From Lachnospiraceae bacterium (GTDB taxonomy: Bacteria > Bacillota > Clostridia > Lachnospirales > Lachnospiraceae), in assembly GCA_017553505.1 (NCBI GenBank), contig JAFZLD010000027.1, positions 33,119 through 97,118 of the forward strand: a stretch of 64,000 nucleotides of DNA. Direction: 5' to 3'. Below the pieces are notes generated by a model. That model made no database searches, was not told where the DNA came from, and worked only from the letters and a program-made list of their open reading frames with translations. The position numbers and the translations under genes are program-made. Numbering within the stretch: the stretch's first letter is position 1; every line of letters begins with the position of its first letter. This document shows, in pieces, positions 19,413-28,247 of the stretch.

Positions 19413-20168
19413 ATGTTATTTAGCGTAAAAAACGTAAGCAAAGCGTTTAAAGATAATCAGGTACTTAAGAAAGTTGATTTGGAAGTAAATAAAGGCGACG
19501 TGGTCGTAATCCTCGGTCCTTCGGGTTCCGGCAAAACAACGCTTCTTCGCTGTATCGACTTTTTGGAAAAAGCAGACGGCGGCGAGCTTGATTTTGACGA
19601 CATCCACACGGATTTATCACACGCTTCTGCCAAGACAATTGAAAAAGTCCGCAAGAAATCGGCTTTCGTATTTCAGAACTACAACTTATTTGCCAACAAG
19701 ACCGCACTTCAGAACGTTACCGAAGGCCTTACAATCGGAAGAAAGGTTCCAAAAGACGAGGCAATAGAGATTGCCAAGAAAGCTCTTGATAAGGTAGGTC
19801 TTTCGGACAAATACGATTCTTACCCTGTGCAGTTATCCGGCGGACAGCAGCAAAGAGTAGGTATTGCAAGAGCAATCGCAGTTAACCCGGACATCATTCT
19901 TTTTGATGAACCTACTTCAGCACTCGATCCCGAACTTGTAGGCGAAGTCTTAAAGATTATGAGAGAACTTGCGGGAGAAGGAATCACGATGATTGTGGTA
20001 ACCCATGAGATGAAGTTTGCTCAGGATGTGGCCACCAAAGTCGTATTTATGGACGGCGGCGTGGTCGTTGAGGAAGGCACACCCAAAGAAATATTCACTA
20101 ACCCTAAAGAAGAGCGTACCAGAGAATTCCTGATGCGAATCTTACCTGATTTTAACTATTCAATTTAA
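19413..20168 (+). CDS. polar amino-acid ABC transporter ATP-binding protein (GlnQ type)
   Basis: [42 protein letters not shown]. Confidence 0.92.
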   Translation: MLFSVKNVSKAFKDNQVLKKVDLEVNKGDVVVILGPSGSGKTTLLRCIDFLEKADGGELDFDDIHTDLSHASAKTIEKVRKKSAFVFQNYNLFANKTALQNVTEGLTIGRKVPKDEAIEIAKKALDKVGLSDKYDSYPVQLSGGQQQRVGIARAIAVNPDIILFDEPTSALDPELVGEVLKIMRELAGEGITMIVVTHEMKFAQDVATKVVFMDGGVVVEEGTPKEIFTNPKEERTREFLMRILPDFNYSI

Positions 20169-20196
20169 ATATCTGTGAGAAAGGAACATAAGAGTT

Positions 20197-21231
20197 ATGG
20201 CTAAAGAATATACACCCTACGAGAGAATTAGGGCTATGGTGGAAGGACGCGAAGTAGACCGTCCCGGTGTCAGTGTATGGAGACACTTCCATGCAGACGA
20301 CAGAGTAGTAAGCGATTCGGTTAAGGCTCACATCGCATTTCAGGAAAGAAACCAGTGGGATTTCATTAAGATAATGGCTAACGGTATCCACATTCAGGAG
20401 CAGTACGGAGCCAAGATTCGCTGGTCAAGAGACGGTATCGAATTCCCCACCACACTTGCAAGATACATTAACAGCCCCAAGGAGTTCAGGAATCTTAAAA
20501 AGGTTGATATTCATACCGGCGCTGTGGCAAGAGAGGTAGAAGTTGCCAAGCGTCTCAAAGAATACTACGACGGCAAAGTTCCGGTTGTGGCAACTGTTTT
20601 TTCGCCACTCACTTATGCTCAGGAACTTTATAACGGATTTCAGGATCCCGCCCGTTTCATTCCCCTTGTAAGAGAATACGGGGATGACCTCAAAGAAGGT
20701 CTTAAAGTTCTTACGGAAGTAACCCGCGATATTGTTGAAGCATATGCAAATGCAGGTGTCGACGGTATCTTCTATTCAACTCAGTTTGCCAACGATTCAC
20801 AGATTACACCCGAAGAATATGATGAGTTTGCCATTAAGAGCGACCTTGAAGGCTTTGAGCCCGCTATCGGCAAGACATGGTTTAATATCCTCCATATTCA
20901 CGGCGATTCAAATCTGTATTTTGATAAATTCCTTGATTTTCCTTTTGAAGCTTTAAACTGGCAGTCAACGGTTACAAACGTATCACTTTCCGATGCTGCA
21001 AGAAAGACCAACAAGATATTAATCGGCGGTATCGACCGAGAGAAGGGCTTTTCTTTCCCTACAAGAGAAGAACTGACCGAGAAAATCAGAAAGAACGTTA
21101 CGGATGCCATTGCTTCGGTACCTGCCAACAGATTGGTTATCGCACCCGGATGCTCACTTCCTACCGAACTTTCCGACTATAGGTTTAATGTACTCAAAGA
21201 CGTTATTGATGAATTATATCCCAACACCTAA
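20197..21231 (+). CDS. uroporphyrinogen decarboxylase (URO-D)/MtaA-family protein, function unknown
   Basis: 344 aa; N-terminal VDRPGVSVWRHF and C-terminal IAPGCSLPTE resemble the URO-D/methylcobamide methyltransferase fold family; called by eye. Confidence 0.7.
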   Translation: MAKEYTPYERIRAMVEGREVDRPGVSVWRHFHADDRVVSDSVKAHIAFQERNQWDFIKIMANGIHIQEQYGAKIRWSRDGIEFPTTLARYINSPKEFRNLKKVDIHTGAVAREVEVAKRLKEYYDGKVPVVATVFSPLTYAQELYNGFQDPARFIPLVREYGDDLKEGLKVLTEVTRDIVEAYANAGVDGIFYSTQFANDSQITPEEYDEFAIKSDLEGFEPAIGKTWFNILHIHGDSNLYFDKFLDFPFEALNWQSTVTNVSLSDAARKTNKILIGGIDREKGFSFPTREELTEKIRKNVTDAIASVPANRLVIAPGCSLPTELSDYRFNVLKDVIDELYPNT

Positions 21232-21248
21232 AGAGTACGGAGGCAGTT

Positions 21249-22259
21249 ATGAGTAAAGTAAACATAGTCATAATCGGTGCCGGCGAGATAGCCGCAAGAA
21301 GACACATACCCGCTCTTTTACAGGGGGAACACACCAATTTCTATGGAGTACTGAACCTTCATCCAGAGTCCACCAAGGCTGTTGCTCAAAAGTATGGCGT
21401 AAAAGCATATGAGAGCTTTGATGAGGTTTTGTTTGATGAAAATGTGGATGCTGTTTTGATAAGTACCCCGCCGGACAGACATGCGGAACCCGCCATTGCA
21501 GCCTTAAAGCATGGCAAGCATGTTCTTTTGGAGAAGCCCATGACCTTATCCGTTAAGGAGGCTGAAGCGATTAACGAAGCAGCCAAAGAATCAGGCCTTA
21601 AGTTTGAACTCTTACACGTACAGCGTTTCTATCCACAGCACGCAAAGGCCAAAGAACTTCTTGAAAGCGGAGCCATAGGCAAACTTATTACGGCGCGCAC
21701 GGTTCTTGGCAACAATGAACCCGACGTTTTAGCCGGAAGGAAATATCCCGGCTGGATGGATGCACTTTTTAACATCAGCGTTCACAGAGCCGACCTCATA
21801 CGCTGGCTTGTGGGTTCGGAAGTTAAGGGTGTTTACGCGCAGGTAGACAGACTTCTTTCCGAGACGATAGAGGGCGATATCAGAGAGACCAATGACCATG
21901 TGACAGGCATCCTTCAGTTTGAAAACGGTGTTGTGGGAACTTTAATAGCATCCAAATTAAGTTTCCACGGAGAGGACCGTTCCACAACCCTTATTGGTAC
22001 AAAGGGAGCCATTATTACATTTGCGGAAGGTCATGACGTGGTGCTTAAATTAAGCGACGGAACCACACAGTACTTTGATTTTGAATCGTCTCACGAGCAG
22101 GGCGTTTTGGAATTTACCGACCTTCACGAGCGTTTTGCTTTAAGCATTCTTAATAACACACCTGTAGATGTTACCGGCGAAGACGGCATCGAGGCAGTCA
22201 GAATTGTGGAAGGCTTCCAAAAGGCCGCCAAAGAGAAAAAATATACGGAAATTCGATAA
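21249..22259 (+). CDS. Gfo/Idh/MocA-family NAD(P)-dependent oxidoreductase
   Basis: VIIGAGEIAARRHIPAL Rossmann N-terminus, VLLEKPM motif. Confidence 0.85.
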   Translation: MSKVNIVIIGAGEIAARRHIPALLQGEHTNFYGVLNLHPESTKAVAQKYGVKAYESFDEVLFDENVDAVLISTPPDRHAEPAIAALKHGKHVLLEKPMTLSVKEAEAINEAAKESGLKFELLHVQRFYPQHAKAKELLESGAIGKLITARTVLGNNEPDVLAGRKYPGWMDALFNISVHRADLIRWLVGSEVKGVYAQVDRLLSETIEGDIRETNDHVTGILQFENGVVGTLIASKLSFHGEDRSTTLIGTKGAIITFAEGHDVVLKLSDGTTQYFDFESSHEQGVLEFTDLHERFALSILNNTPVDVTGEDGIEAVRIVEGFQKAAKEKKYTEIR

Positions 22260-22270
22260 GGAGAAAAAAT

Positions 22271-23260
22271 ATGTCATCCAAGAGAGACCTTGTTTTAAAA
22301 GCATTTAACAACGAAAAAACCGACCGTGTGCCGGTAGGCTTCTGGTTCCATTATGCCAAGGACGAATCCGTACCTCAGAGCGATGAAGTTATAAAAATAA
22401 ACTATAAGGGTCACGTGAAGTTTATCGAGGACTGGGACCCCGACTATGTAAAGATTATGAGCGACGGCTTCTTTAACTATCCCGGACTTCCCGACGAGCC
22501 CATAAAGACTGCAGCCGATTTAAAGAAGATTAAGGCAGGAAAGCCCGAGACTCTTAAGTGGATTGACGATCAGGTGGCGCATGTTAAGAATATTACCTCC
22601 AAGTACGGCAACGATATTGTCACTATCTACAACGTTTTCTCACCCGCAACATACCTTAATATTGGAATTTCTGCATTTACCTTCGACAGTATCGTGAAGC
22701 TTTACAACGAAGATGCTGAAGCGTTAAAAGAAGCATTACTTACTATCGCCGAGGACATCAAGATTCTTGCCGAGAGAGTAATCAAAGAAGGAGGCACAGA
22801 CGGCATCTACTTCAGCGTCGGTAACTTTAACGGAATAAGTAAGAGCGAATACTTAAAGTTCATTGCACCCGCTGAAATCGCAGTTCTCGAAGCCGCCAAG
22901 TCAGTAAGCGACAACAGCATGCTTCACATTTGCGGCTTTGACGGCAGAAGAAACGACCTAACAACATATGCTGATTACCCTGTAAAGGTTATCAACTGGG
23001 CAGCAGGCGTAGAGCGCGTATCACTTGAAGAAGGCAAGAAAATATTCGGCGGTCGCGCAGTGGTAGGCGGATTTGCCAACACTGCAGACGGTGTACTTTA
23101 TAAAGGCACCAAAGAACAGATTCAAGCAGAAGCCAAGAAGATTTTAAGCACGGCAGGCACAAGAGGAGTTATCCTCGGCGCAGACTGCACTATCCCCCGC
23201 GACACACCCATTGAGCATCTTAAGTGGGTACGTGAGGCGGCCGAAGAATTCGGAGCATAA
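22271..23260 (+). CDS. second URO-D/MtaA-family protein, function unknown
   Basis: 329 aa; TDRVPVGFWFHY and ILGADCTIPRDTP; distant paralog of 20197-21231. Confidence 0.7.
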   Translation: MSSKRDLVLKAFNNEKTDRVPVGFWFHYAKDESVPQSDEVIKINYKGHVKFIEDWDPDYVKIMSDGFFNYPGLPDEPIKTAADLKKIKAGKPETLKWIDDQVAHVKNITSKYGNDIVTIYNVFSPATYLNIGISAFTFDSIVKLYNEDAEALKEALLTIAEDIKILAERVIKEGGTDGIYFSVGNFNGISKSEYLKFIAPAEIAVLEAAKSVSDNSMLHICGFDGRRNDLTTYADYPVKVINWAAGVERVSLEEGKKIFGGRAVVGGFANTADGVLYKGTKEQIQAEAKKILSTAGTRGVILGADCTIPRDTPIEHLKWVREAAEEFGA

Positions 23261-23262
23261 TT

Positions 23263-24051
23263 ATGGATTTAGGATTACAGGGAAAAGTTGCCGTCGTAAC
23301 AGGCGGCAGCAAAGGAATAGGCTACGCAACAGCTAAACTTTTCCTCGAAGAAGGTGCCAAAGTTGCTATCTGTGCAAGAGATAAGGCCAACCTGGACAAG
23401 GCAGTCAAAGAACTGTCTGCGTACGGTGAGGTTTATGCCGAGGCAATTGATGTTACTGAAGAGGAAGCGGTATATGGCTTTGCGGACCGTGTGGTTGAGC
23501 GCTTCGGAGCAATCGATGCATGGGTTAACAATGTAGGTTCTTCTTTTGCCAGAAAGAAAGCTCAGTATTCCGGCGAGGAAATAGACAAACACTACACAGT
23601 GAATTTCAGGTCTGCGGTATTCGGATGCCAGGCGGCATTCAGATACATGAAGGACAGAGGCGGCAGCATTGTGAATGTAAGCTCACTTGCCGCAAGATGC
23701 GCAACCTCCGGAAGAGCATCCATCTACGGTCCCATGAAGGCGGCGGTCAGAAGCCTTTCACAGACCTTCGCAGGCGAGTATGCGGCCTACGGCGTGCGTG
23801 TGAACTGTGTCATGCCGGGATTTACGGACACTCCGCTTGTGCGGGAACATTTAGACCCGGCAGAGCTTGCATATACGACGAGCGAAACACTTTTAAACAG
23901 AGCGGCACGACCGGAAGAAATCGCAGCGCCGATAGTATTTTTATCAAGCGACAGGGCTTCTTTTATGACAGGAACGACCGTGGAAGCCTCGGGCGGGCGC
24001 AGCGTTACGCTTAATCCCACGTACTCATGGGATAAGAAAGCATCTGAATAA
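23263..24051 (+). CDS. short-chain dehydrogenase/reductase (SDR)
   Basis: VVTGGSKGIGYA cofactor motif, catalytic YGPMK (YxxxK). Confidence 0.88.
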   Translation: MDLGLQGKVAVVTGGSKGIGYATAKLFLEEGAKVAICARDKANLDKAVKELSAYGEVYAEAIDVTEEEAVYGFADRVVERFGAIDAWVNNVGSSFARKKAQYSGEEIDKHYTVNFRSAVFGCQAAFRYMKDRGGSIVNVSSLAARCATSGRASIYGPMKAAVRSLSQTFAGEYAAYGVRVNCVMPGFTDTPLVREHLDPAELAYTTSETLLNRAARPEEIAAPIVFLSSDRASFMTGTTVEASGGRSVTLNPTYSWDKKASE

Positions 24052-24085
24052 AAGAATTACATTGGGGTACCAAAGGAGAAAGAAA

Positions 24086-25210
24086 ATGGCGGATACGAGT
24101 TACGATATAGAAACCCGATGTTGTCACTACGTGACAGACATTGTAAACGGACATCCTCACGGAGCGGTCAGCGTTCCGATTTATCAGACGGCTACATTTG
24201 CACACAGGGAGATAGGAGAGCATCCTACGAAGGATACGTTCACGTACAGTCGCGGAAGTAATCCGACAAGAAGGGAGCTTGAGGATACTCTTGCATCTTT
24301 GGAAGACGCGGGCGACTGCGTGGCTACGGCTACCGGAATGGCGGCCATAGCGCTTGTGCTGGAGCTTTTTACTGCAGGAGATCACGTGATATGCACTTAC
24401 GATCTTTATGGCGGAGCGGTAAGAATCTTCGGAGAAATAGCGCCGAAGCGCCAAGTGTCATTTAGCTATGTGGATACCGGAGATATCGCTGCGGTTCGTG
24501 AGGCAATTCGTCCGAATACAAAGGCGCTTTATATCGAGACTCCCAGCAATCCGACCATGAAGGTTACAGACCTTCGCGAGATTAAAAAACTTGCCGATGA
24601 ATACAATTTGCTGCTGATTGTAGACAATACATTCTTAACTCCTTACTTTCAAAGGCCGCTTGAGCTTGGTGCCGATATCGTGGTACACAGCGGCACCAAG
24701 TATCTTGCAGGTCACAACGATACCTGTGCAGGCTTTATCTGCACCTCTAAGGAGCGTAAGGACCTTGCCGAAAGAATCCGTTACCTTTGTATGAGCTTCG
24801 GTCCTACGCTTGCACCAATTGATTCATTCCTTGTTCTTCGCGGTATTAAGACGCTTGCTCTTCGCATGGAGAGACAGTCGGAAAATGCCAAGGTGATAGC
24901 GGAATGGCTTAAGAAACACAAGAAGGTTAAAAAGGTCTATTACGCCGGTTATGGCGCGATGATTTCTTTTGAAACCGATACGGAGAAGACTGCGTTAGAT
25001 ACGCTTCACAAGGTTAAGCTGGTGATTTTCGCTGAAAGCCTCGGCGGTGTGGAAAGTTTGATTACCTATCCGATGATTCAGACACACCGTGAACTGCCCA
25101 AGGAGCAAAGGGAGCTTTTGGGCATCAATGAGAAGTTTTTGAGATTGTCTGTGGGCATCGAGAATGTGAACGACATTATTGGGGACCTTGAGCAGGCACT
25201 GGTTGATTAA
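24086..25210 (+). CDS. Cys/Met-metabolism PLP enzyme (cystathionine beta-lyase/gamma-synthase family)
   Basis: Start at MADTSYDIE (ATG 24086, AAGGAG upstream); PLP-lysine motif HSGTKYLAGHND; ESLGGVESL. Confidence 0.85.
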   Translation: MADTSYDIETRCCHYVTDIVNGHPHGAVSVPIYQTATFAHREIGEHPTKDTFTYSRGSNPTRRELEDTLASLEDAGDCVATATGMAAIALVLELFTAGDHVICTYDLYGGAVRIFGEIAPKRQVSFSYVDTGDIAAVREAIRPNTKALYIETPSNPTMKVTDLREIKKLADEYNLLLIVDNTFLTPYFQRPLELGADIVVHSGTKYLAGHNDTCAGFICTSKERKDLAERIRYLCMSFGPTLAPIDSFLVLRGIKTLALRMERQSENAKVIAEWLKKHKKVKKVYYAGYGAMISFETDTEKTALDTLHKVKLVIFAESLGGVESLITYPMIQTHRELPKEQRELLGINEKFLRLSVGIENVNDIIGDLEQALVD

Positions 25211-25230
25211 GCGGATAGGGAGACAGATTA

Positions 25231-26415
25231 ATGGGATATGATTTTGATAAGATTACGGACAGAAAGGGCACTAAGTGCTTGAAATATGACTTCGCGACGG
25301 CAAGGGGCAAGAAAGAAGGCCTGATTTCCATGTGGGTGGCGGATATGGATTTTCCTACCGCACCGGAGATTCTTGAGAGCCTTCGCGGCGTGGTGGACCA
25401 TGGAATATTCGGCTATACCGAATCGGACGACGCGTATTACGAAAGCGTTGCCGACTGGTATCGTACACACTTTGAATGGGAGCCGCGAAAAGAATGGCTG
25501 ATTAAAACTCCCGGAGTGGTATTCGCGCTTTCGGCGGCCATCAGAGCCTTTACCAAAGAAGGCGAGGCGGTACTGATTCAGCAGCCCGTTTACTACCCTT
25601 TCAGCGAGGTAATAGTCGATAACGGAAGAAAACCGGTAGACAGCCCATTGGTTCTTAAGGGCGACCACTACGAAATAGACTTTGATGATTTCGAAAGAAA
25701 GGTTATAGAAGAGCGCGTAAAGCTTTTCATCCTCTGCAGCCCTCACAACCCTGTGGGACGCGTATGGAAGGAGTGGGAACTTCGCCGAATCGGTGAAATT
25801 TGCGTGGCGCATGACGTGATAGTGTGCTCGGATGAGATTCACAGCGACTTTGTGTGGGAAGGGAATAAGCATACAGTATTTGCATCCCTGGATCCTGCTT
25901 TTGCCGAAAGAAGCATTACCTGTACGGCGCCGAGTAAGACCTTTAACCTTGCGGGATTGCAGGCTTCCAACATATTTGTCCCCAATCGCAGGTTAAGACT
26001 TGCACTCAAAAAAAGTATTGCCGCGACGGGCTACAGCCAGCTTAATACCATGGCACTTTTTGCCTGCGAGGCCGCGTATACCCACGGAGATAAGTGGCTT
26101 GGTGAGCTTAAAGAGTATCTGCAGGGAAATATAAAGTATTTTAACGATTTTTTGGAGCGCGAGTTACCGATGCTTCACCTGATTAAGACCGAAGGAACCT
26201 ACCTTCTCTGGGTTGATTTCAGGGAACTTGGGCTTACGGAACTTGAGCTTGAGGATTTGATAGTTAACCGTGCCGGCCTGTGGCTTGACAGCGGCGCAAT
26301 GTTTGGTAAAGTCGGAGAGGGCTTTGAAAGATTTAACATCGCCTGCCCGAGGTCTGTGCTGGCAGCAGCGCTTGAGCAGCTTAAGAGAGCCGTTCTTTCG
26401 CTGAAGGCATCATAA
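25231..26415 (+). CDS. PatB/MalY-type aminotransferase class I/II C-S lyase
   Basis: DKITDRKGTKCLKYDF N-terminus typical of MalY/PatB; PLP-lysine motif APSKTFNLAGL. Confidence 0.85.
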   Translation: MGYDFDKITDRKGTKCLKYDFATARGKKEGLISMWVADMDFPTAPEILESLRGVVDHGIFGYTESDDAYYESVADWYRTHFEWEPRKEWLIKTPGVVFALSAAIRAFTKEGEAVLIQQPVYYPFSEVIVDNGRKPVDSPLVLKGDHYEIDFDDFERKVIEERVKLFILCSPHNPVGRVWKEWELRRIGEICVAHDVIVCSDEIHSDFVWEGNKHTVFASLDPAFAERSITCTAPSKTFNLAGLQASNIFVPNRRLRLALKKSIAATGYSQLNTMALFACEAAYTHGDKWLGELKEYLQGNIKYFNDFLERELPMLHLIKTEGTYLLWVDFRELGLTELELEDLIVNRAGLWLDSGAMFGKVGEGFERFNIACPRSVLAAALEQLKRAVLSLKAS

Positions 26416-26476
26416 CTTCCGTGCATTCACTTGACAACGGTCTTGCCTGATAATAATATTGTAAATGACAAAGGGG

Positions 26477-26506
26477 TCCATATCTTTGGGATATGGATTC
26501 TTTTTC
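26477..26506 (+). terminator. intrinsic terminator closing the 10-gene operon
   Basis: TCCATATC-TTTGG-GATATGGA followed by TTCTTTTTC, 62 nt after the stop. Confidence 0.6.
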
Positions 26507-26565
26507 TTTGAAGAGAGAGAAGTTAGAGAAGGAGATATGGTGAGAAGGCTCACCGTATAAGAAGG

Positions 26566-27246
26566 ATGAATCTATTTGACATTATCGGGCCGGTAATGGT
26601 GGGACCGTCGAGTTCGCACACTGCCGGTGCGGTTAAGATCGGCTATGTGGCAAGGCGCCTTTTGGGCGAGAAAGTTGTGTCCGCGGACATAGGACTGTAC
26701 GGGTCCTTTCTGGCTACGGGTAAGGGTCATGGCACCGACGCGGCGCTGGTGGCGGGAATACTCGGCATGAAAATGGACGACGACAATATTCCAAACAGCC
26801 TTAAAATAGCCAAAGAAAAAGGTATTAAAGTGCGCTTCGGCAAGGCTGACATTAAGGATGCGCACCCCAACTCGGTTGAGATTAAGCTTGTGGGCGAAAA
26901 CGGAAGGCAGCTTTCTATCGTAGGAGAGTCTGTGGGAGGTTCACTCATTAATATTGCAAAGATTGACGGTCTTGATGCCAACTTTTCGGGGGATTTCCCT
27001 ACGCTTATCGTGCACAATCAGGACCAGCCGGGTCACGTGGCCGAGGTCACGGGTATGCTGGCTGAGAAATCGGTTAATATAGCCACCATGCAGCTTTATC
27101 GTGCTAACAGAGGCGGTAATGCGGTTATGGTAATCGAGTGCGACCAGGAAGTGCCGGAGAAATATCTTGAGTGGCTTAAGAACCTGGACGGAGTCAACAA
27201 AGTTACGTATTACAGTCTGATCGAGGAGGGAAAAAATGAGTTTTAA
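26566..27246 (+). CDS. sdaAB: L-serine dehydratase, iron-sulfur-dependent, beta subunit
   Basis: GPVMVGPSSSHTAGA motif plus an ACT-like C-terminus. Confidence 0.9.
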   Translation: MNLFDIIGPVMVGPSSSHTAGAVKIGYVARRLLGEKVVSADIGLYGSFLATGKGHGTDAALVAGILGMKMDDDNIPNSLKIAKEKGIKVRFGKADIKDAHPNSVEIKLVGENGRQLSIVGESVGGSLINIAKIDGLDANFSGDFPTLIVHNQDQPGHVAEVTGMLAEKSVNIATMQLYRANRGGNAVMVIECDQEVPEKYLEWLKNLDGVNKVTYYSLIEEGKNEF

Positions 27247-28114
27247 GAAGCTGTCTGAAATAACCGCAATTTCGGAAGATAAGAAGATTCCCTTCTGGCA
27301 GGTAATTTTGGAAGACGATATGAAAGAGCGCGGTGTCACAAGGGAAGAGTCCATGAAGACGATGGGTTCTATGCTTGATACCATAACCGAAGCCGATGCC
27401 AAGTACGATGAGTCGATTCGCTCCGCAAGCGGTATGGCGGGCGGAGACGGCGGCAAGATAGAGACCTTCAGAATGAAGGGTAATTCACTTATTGACGGAT
27501 TCATTCTTGAAGTTATCGAAAAGGCCGTTAAGATGGGCGAATCCAACGCCTGCATGAAGAGGATTGTCGCTATGCCTACAGCGGGTTCCTGCGGCGTCAT
27601 TCCTGCAGTTCTTTTGACATATATTAAGCACAAAAATGTTGAGCGTGAAAGAATAATAGAAGCCTTGTATGTTGCGGGCGGTATCGGTGAGGTAATAGCT
27701 ACAAGCGCAAGCATTTCCGGCGCCGAAGGCGGATGCCAGGCTGAGATAGGAAGCGCCGGCGCCATGGCAGCGGGTGCTCTTGCGTACCTTGAAGGCGGCG
27801 GCAACGAAGAGATTGTGCATGCCGCAGCGCTTACCCTTAAGAACATGCTCGGACTTACCTGCGACCCCGTAGCTGGCCTTGTAGAAGTCCCCTGCATCAA
27901 GAGAAATGCCGCAGGTGCGGTTAATGCCGTAGTATACTCTCAGATGGCTATGGCGGGCGTACGAAGCGCCATAGAGCCCGATGAGGTCATTGATTCCATG
28001 AACCGTATCGGAAGATTGCTTCCTTCATGCCTCAAAGAAACCGGGCAGGAAGGCCTTGCAATCACCAAGAGCGCCGAGAAGATTACGGAGCGCCTGAGCA
28101 TGAGCTGGCAGTGA
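27236..28114 (+). CDS. sdaAA: L-serine dehydratase, iron-sulfur-dependent, alpha subunit
   Basis: AGSCGVIPA and GGCQAEIGSAGAMAA cysteine motifs; overlaps sdaAB by 11 nt. Confidence 0.9.
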   Translation: MSFKKLSEITAISEDKKIPFWQVILEDDMKERGVTREESMKTMGSMLDTITEADAKYDESIRSASGMAGGDGGKIETFRMKGNSLIDGFILEVIEKAVKMGESNACMKRIVAMPTAGSCGVIPAVLLTYIKHKNVERERIIEALYVAGGIGEVIATSASISGAEGGCQAEIGSAGAMAAGALAYLEGGGNEEIVHAAALTLKNMLGLTCDPVAGLVEVPCIKRNAAGAVNAVVYSQMAMAGVRSAIEPDEVIDSMNRIGRLLPSCLKETGQEGLAITKSAEKITERLSMSWQ

Positions 28115-28247
28115 TGTGAGGGCTTGAATTCTGCGTGAGTTTTATGTGTGTTCTGCTTTTGCCAATTAAAGCGTGACAACAGTCCGGATGTATGTAATAA
28201 TAAAAAAGATAAAATAACGGGGGAAATCTAAGGACAGCATTAGGACG

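Noticed and set aside
25228-25872. 214-aa ORF on the minus strand
   Set aside because: It is antisense to the PatB/MalY-type lyase gene; shadow ORF.
26431-26560. TTGACA-17-TAATAT promoter-like element immediately followed by the 26477 hairpin, and a 7-codon mini-ORF (MVRRLTV, 26537-26560) before sdaAB
   Set aside because: The hairpin is more simply the terminator of the upstream operon. The mini-ORF has only 2 nt between its GGAG and ATG. I judged the evidence for an sdaAB attenuator insufficient.
26941-27900. 319-aa ORF on the minus strand
   Set aside because: It is fully antisense to sdaAA, which has clear serine dehydratase motifs. It has an Ala/Ser/Pro-rich low-complexity composition typical of a shadow ORF and no RBS.
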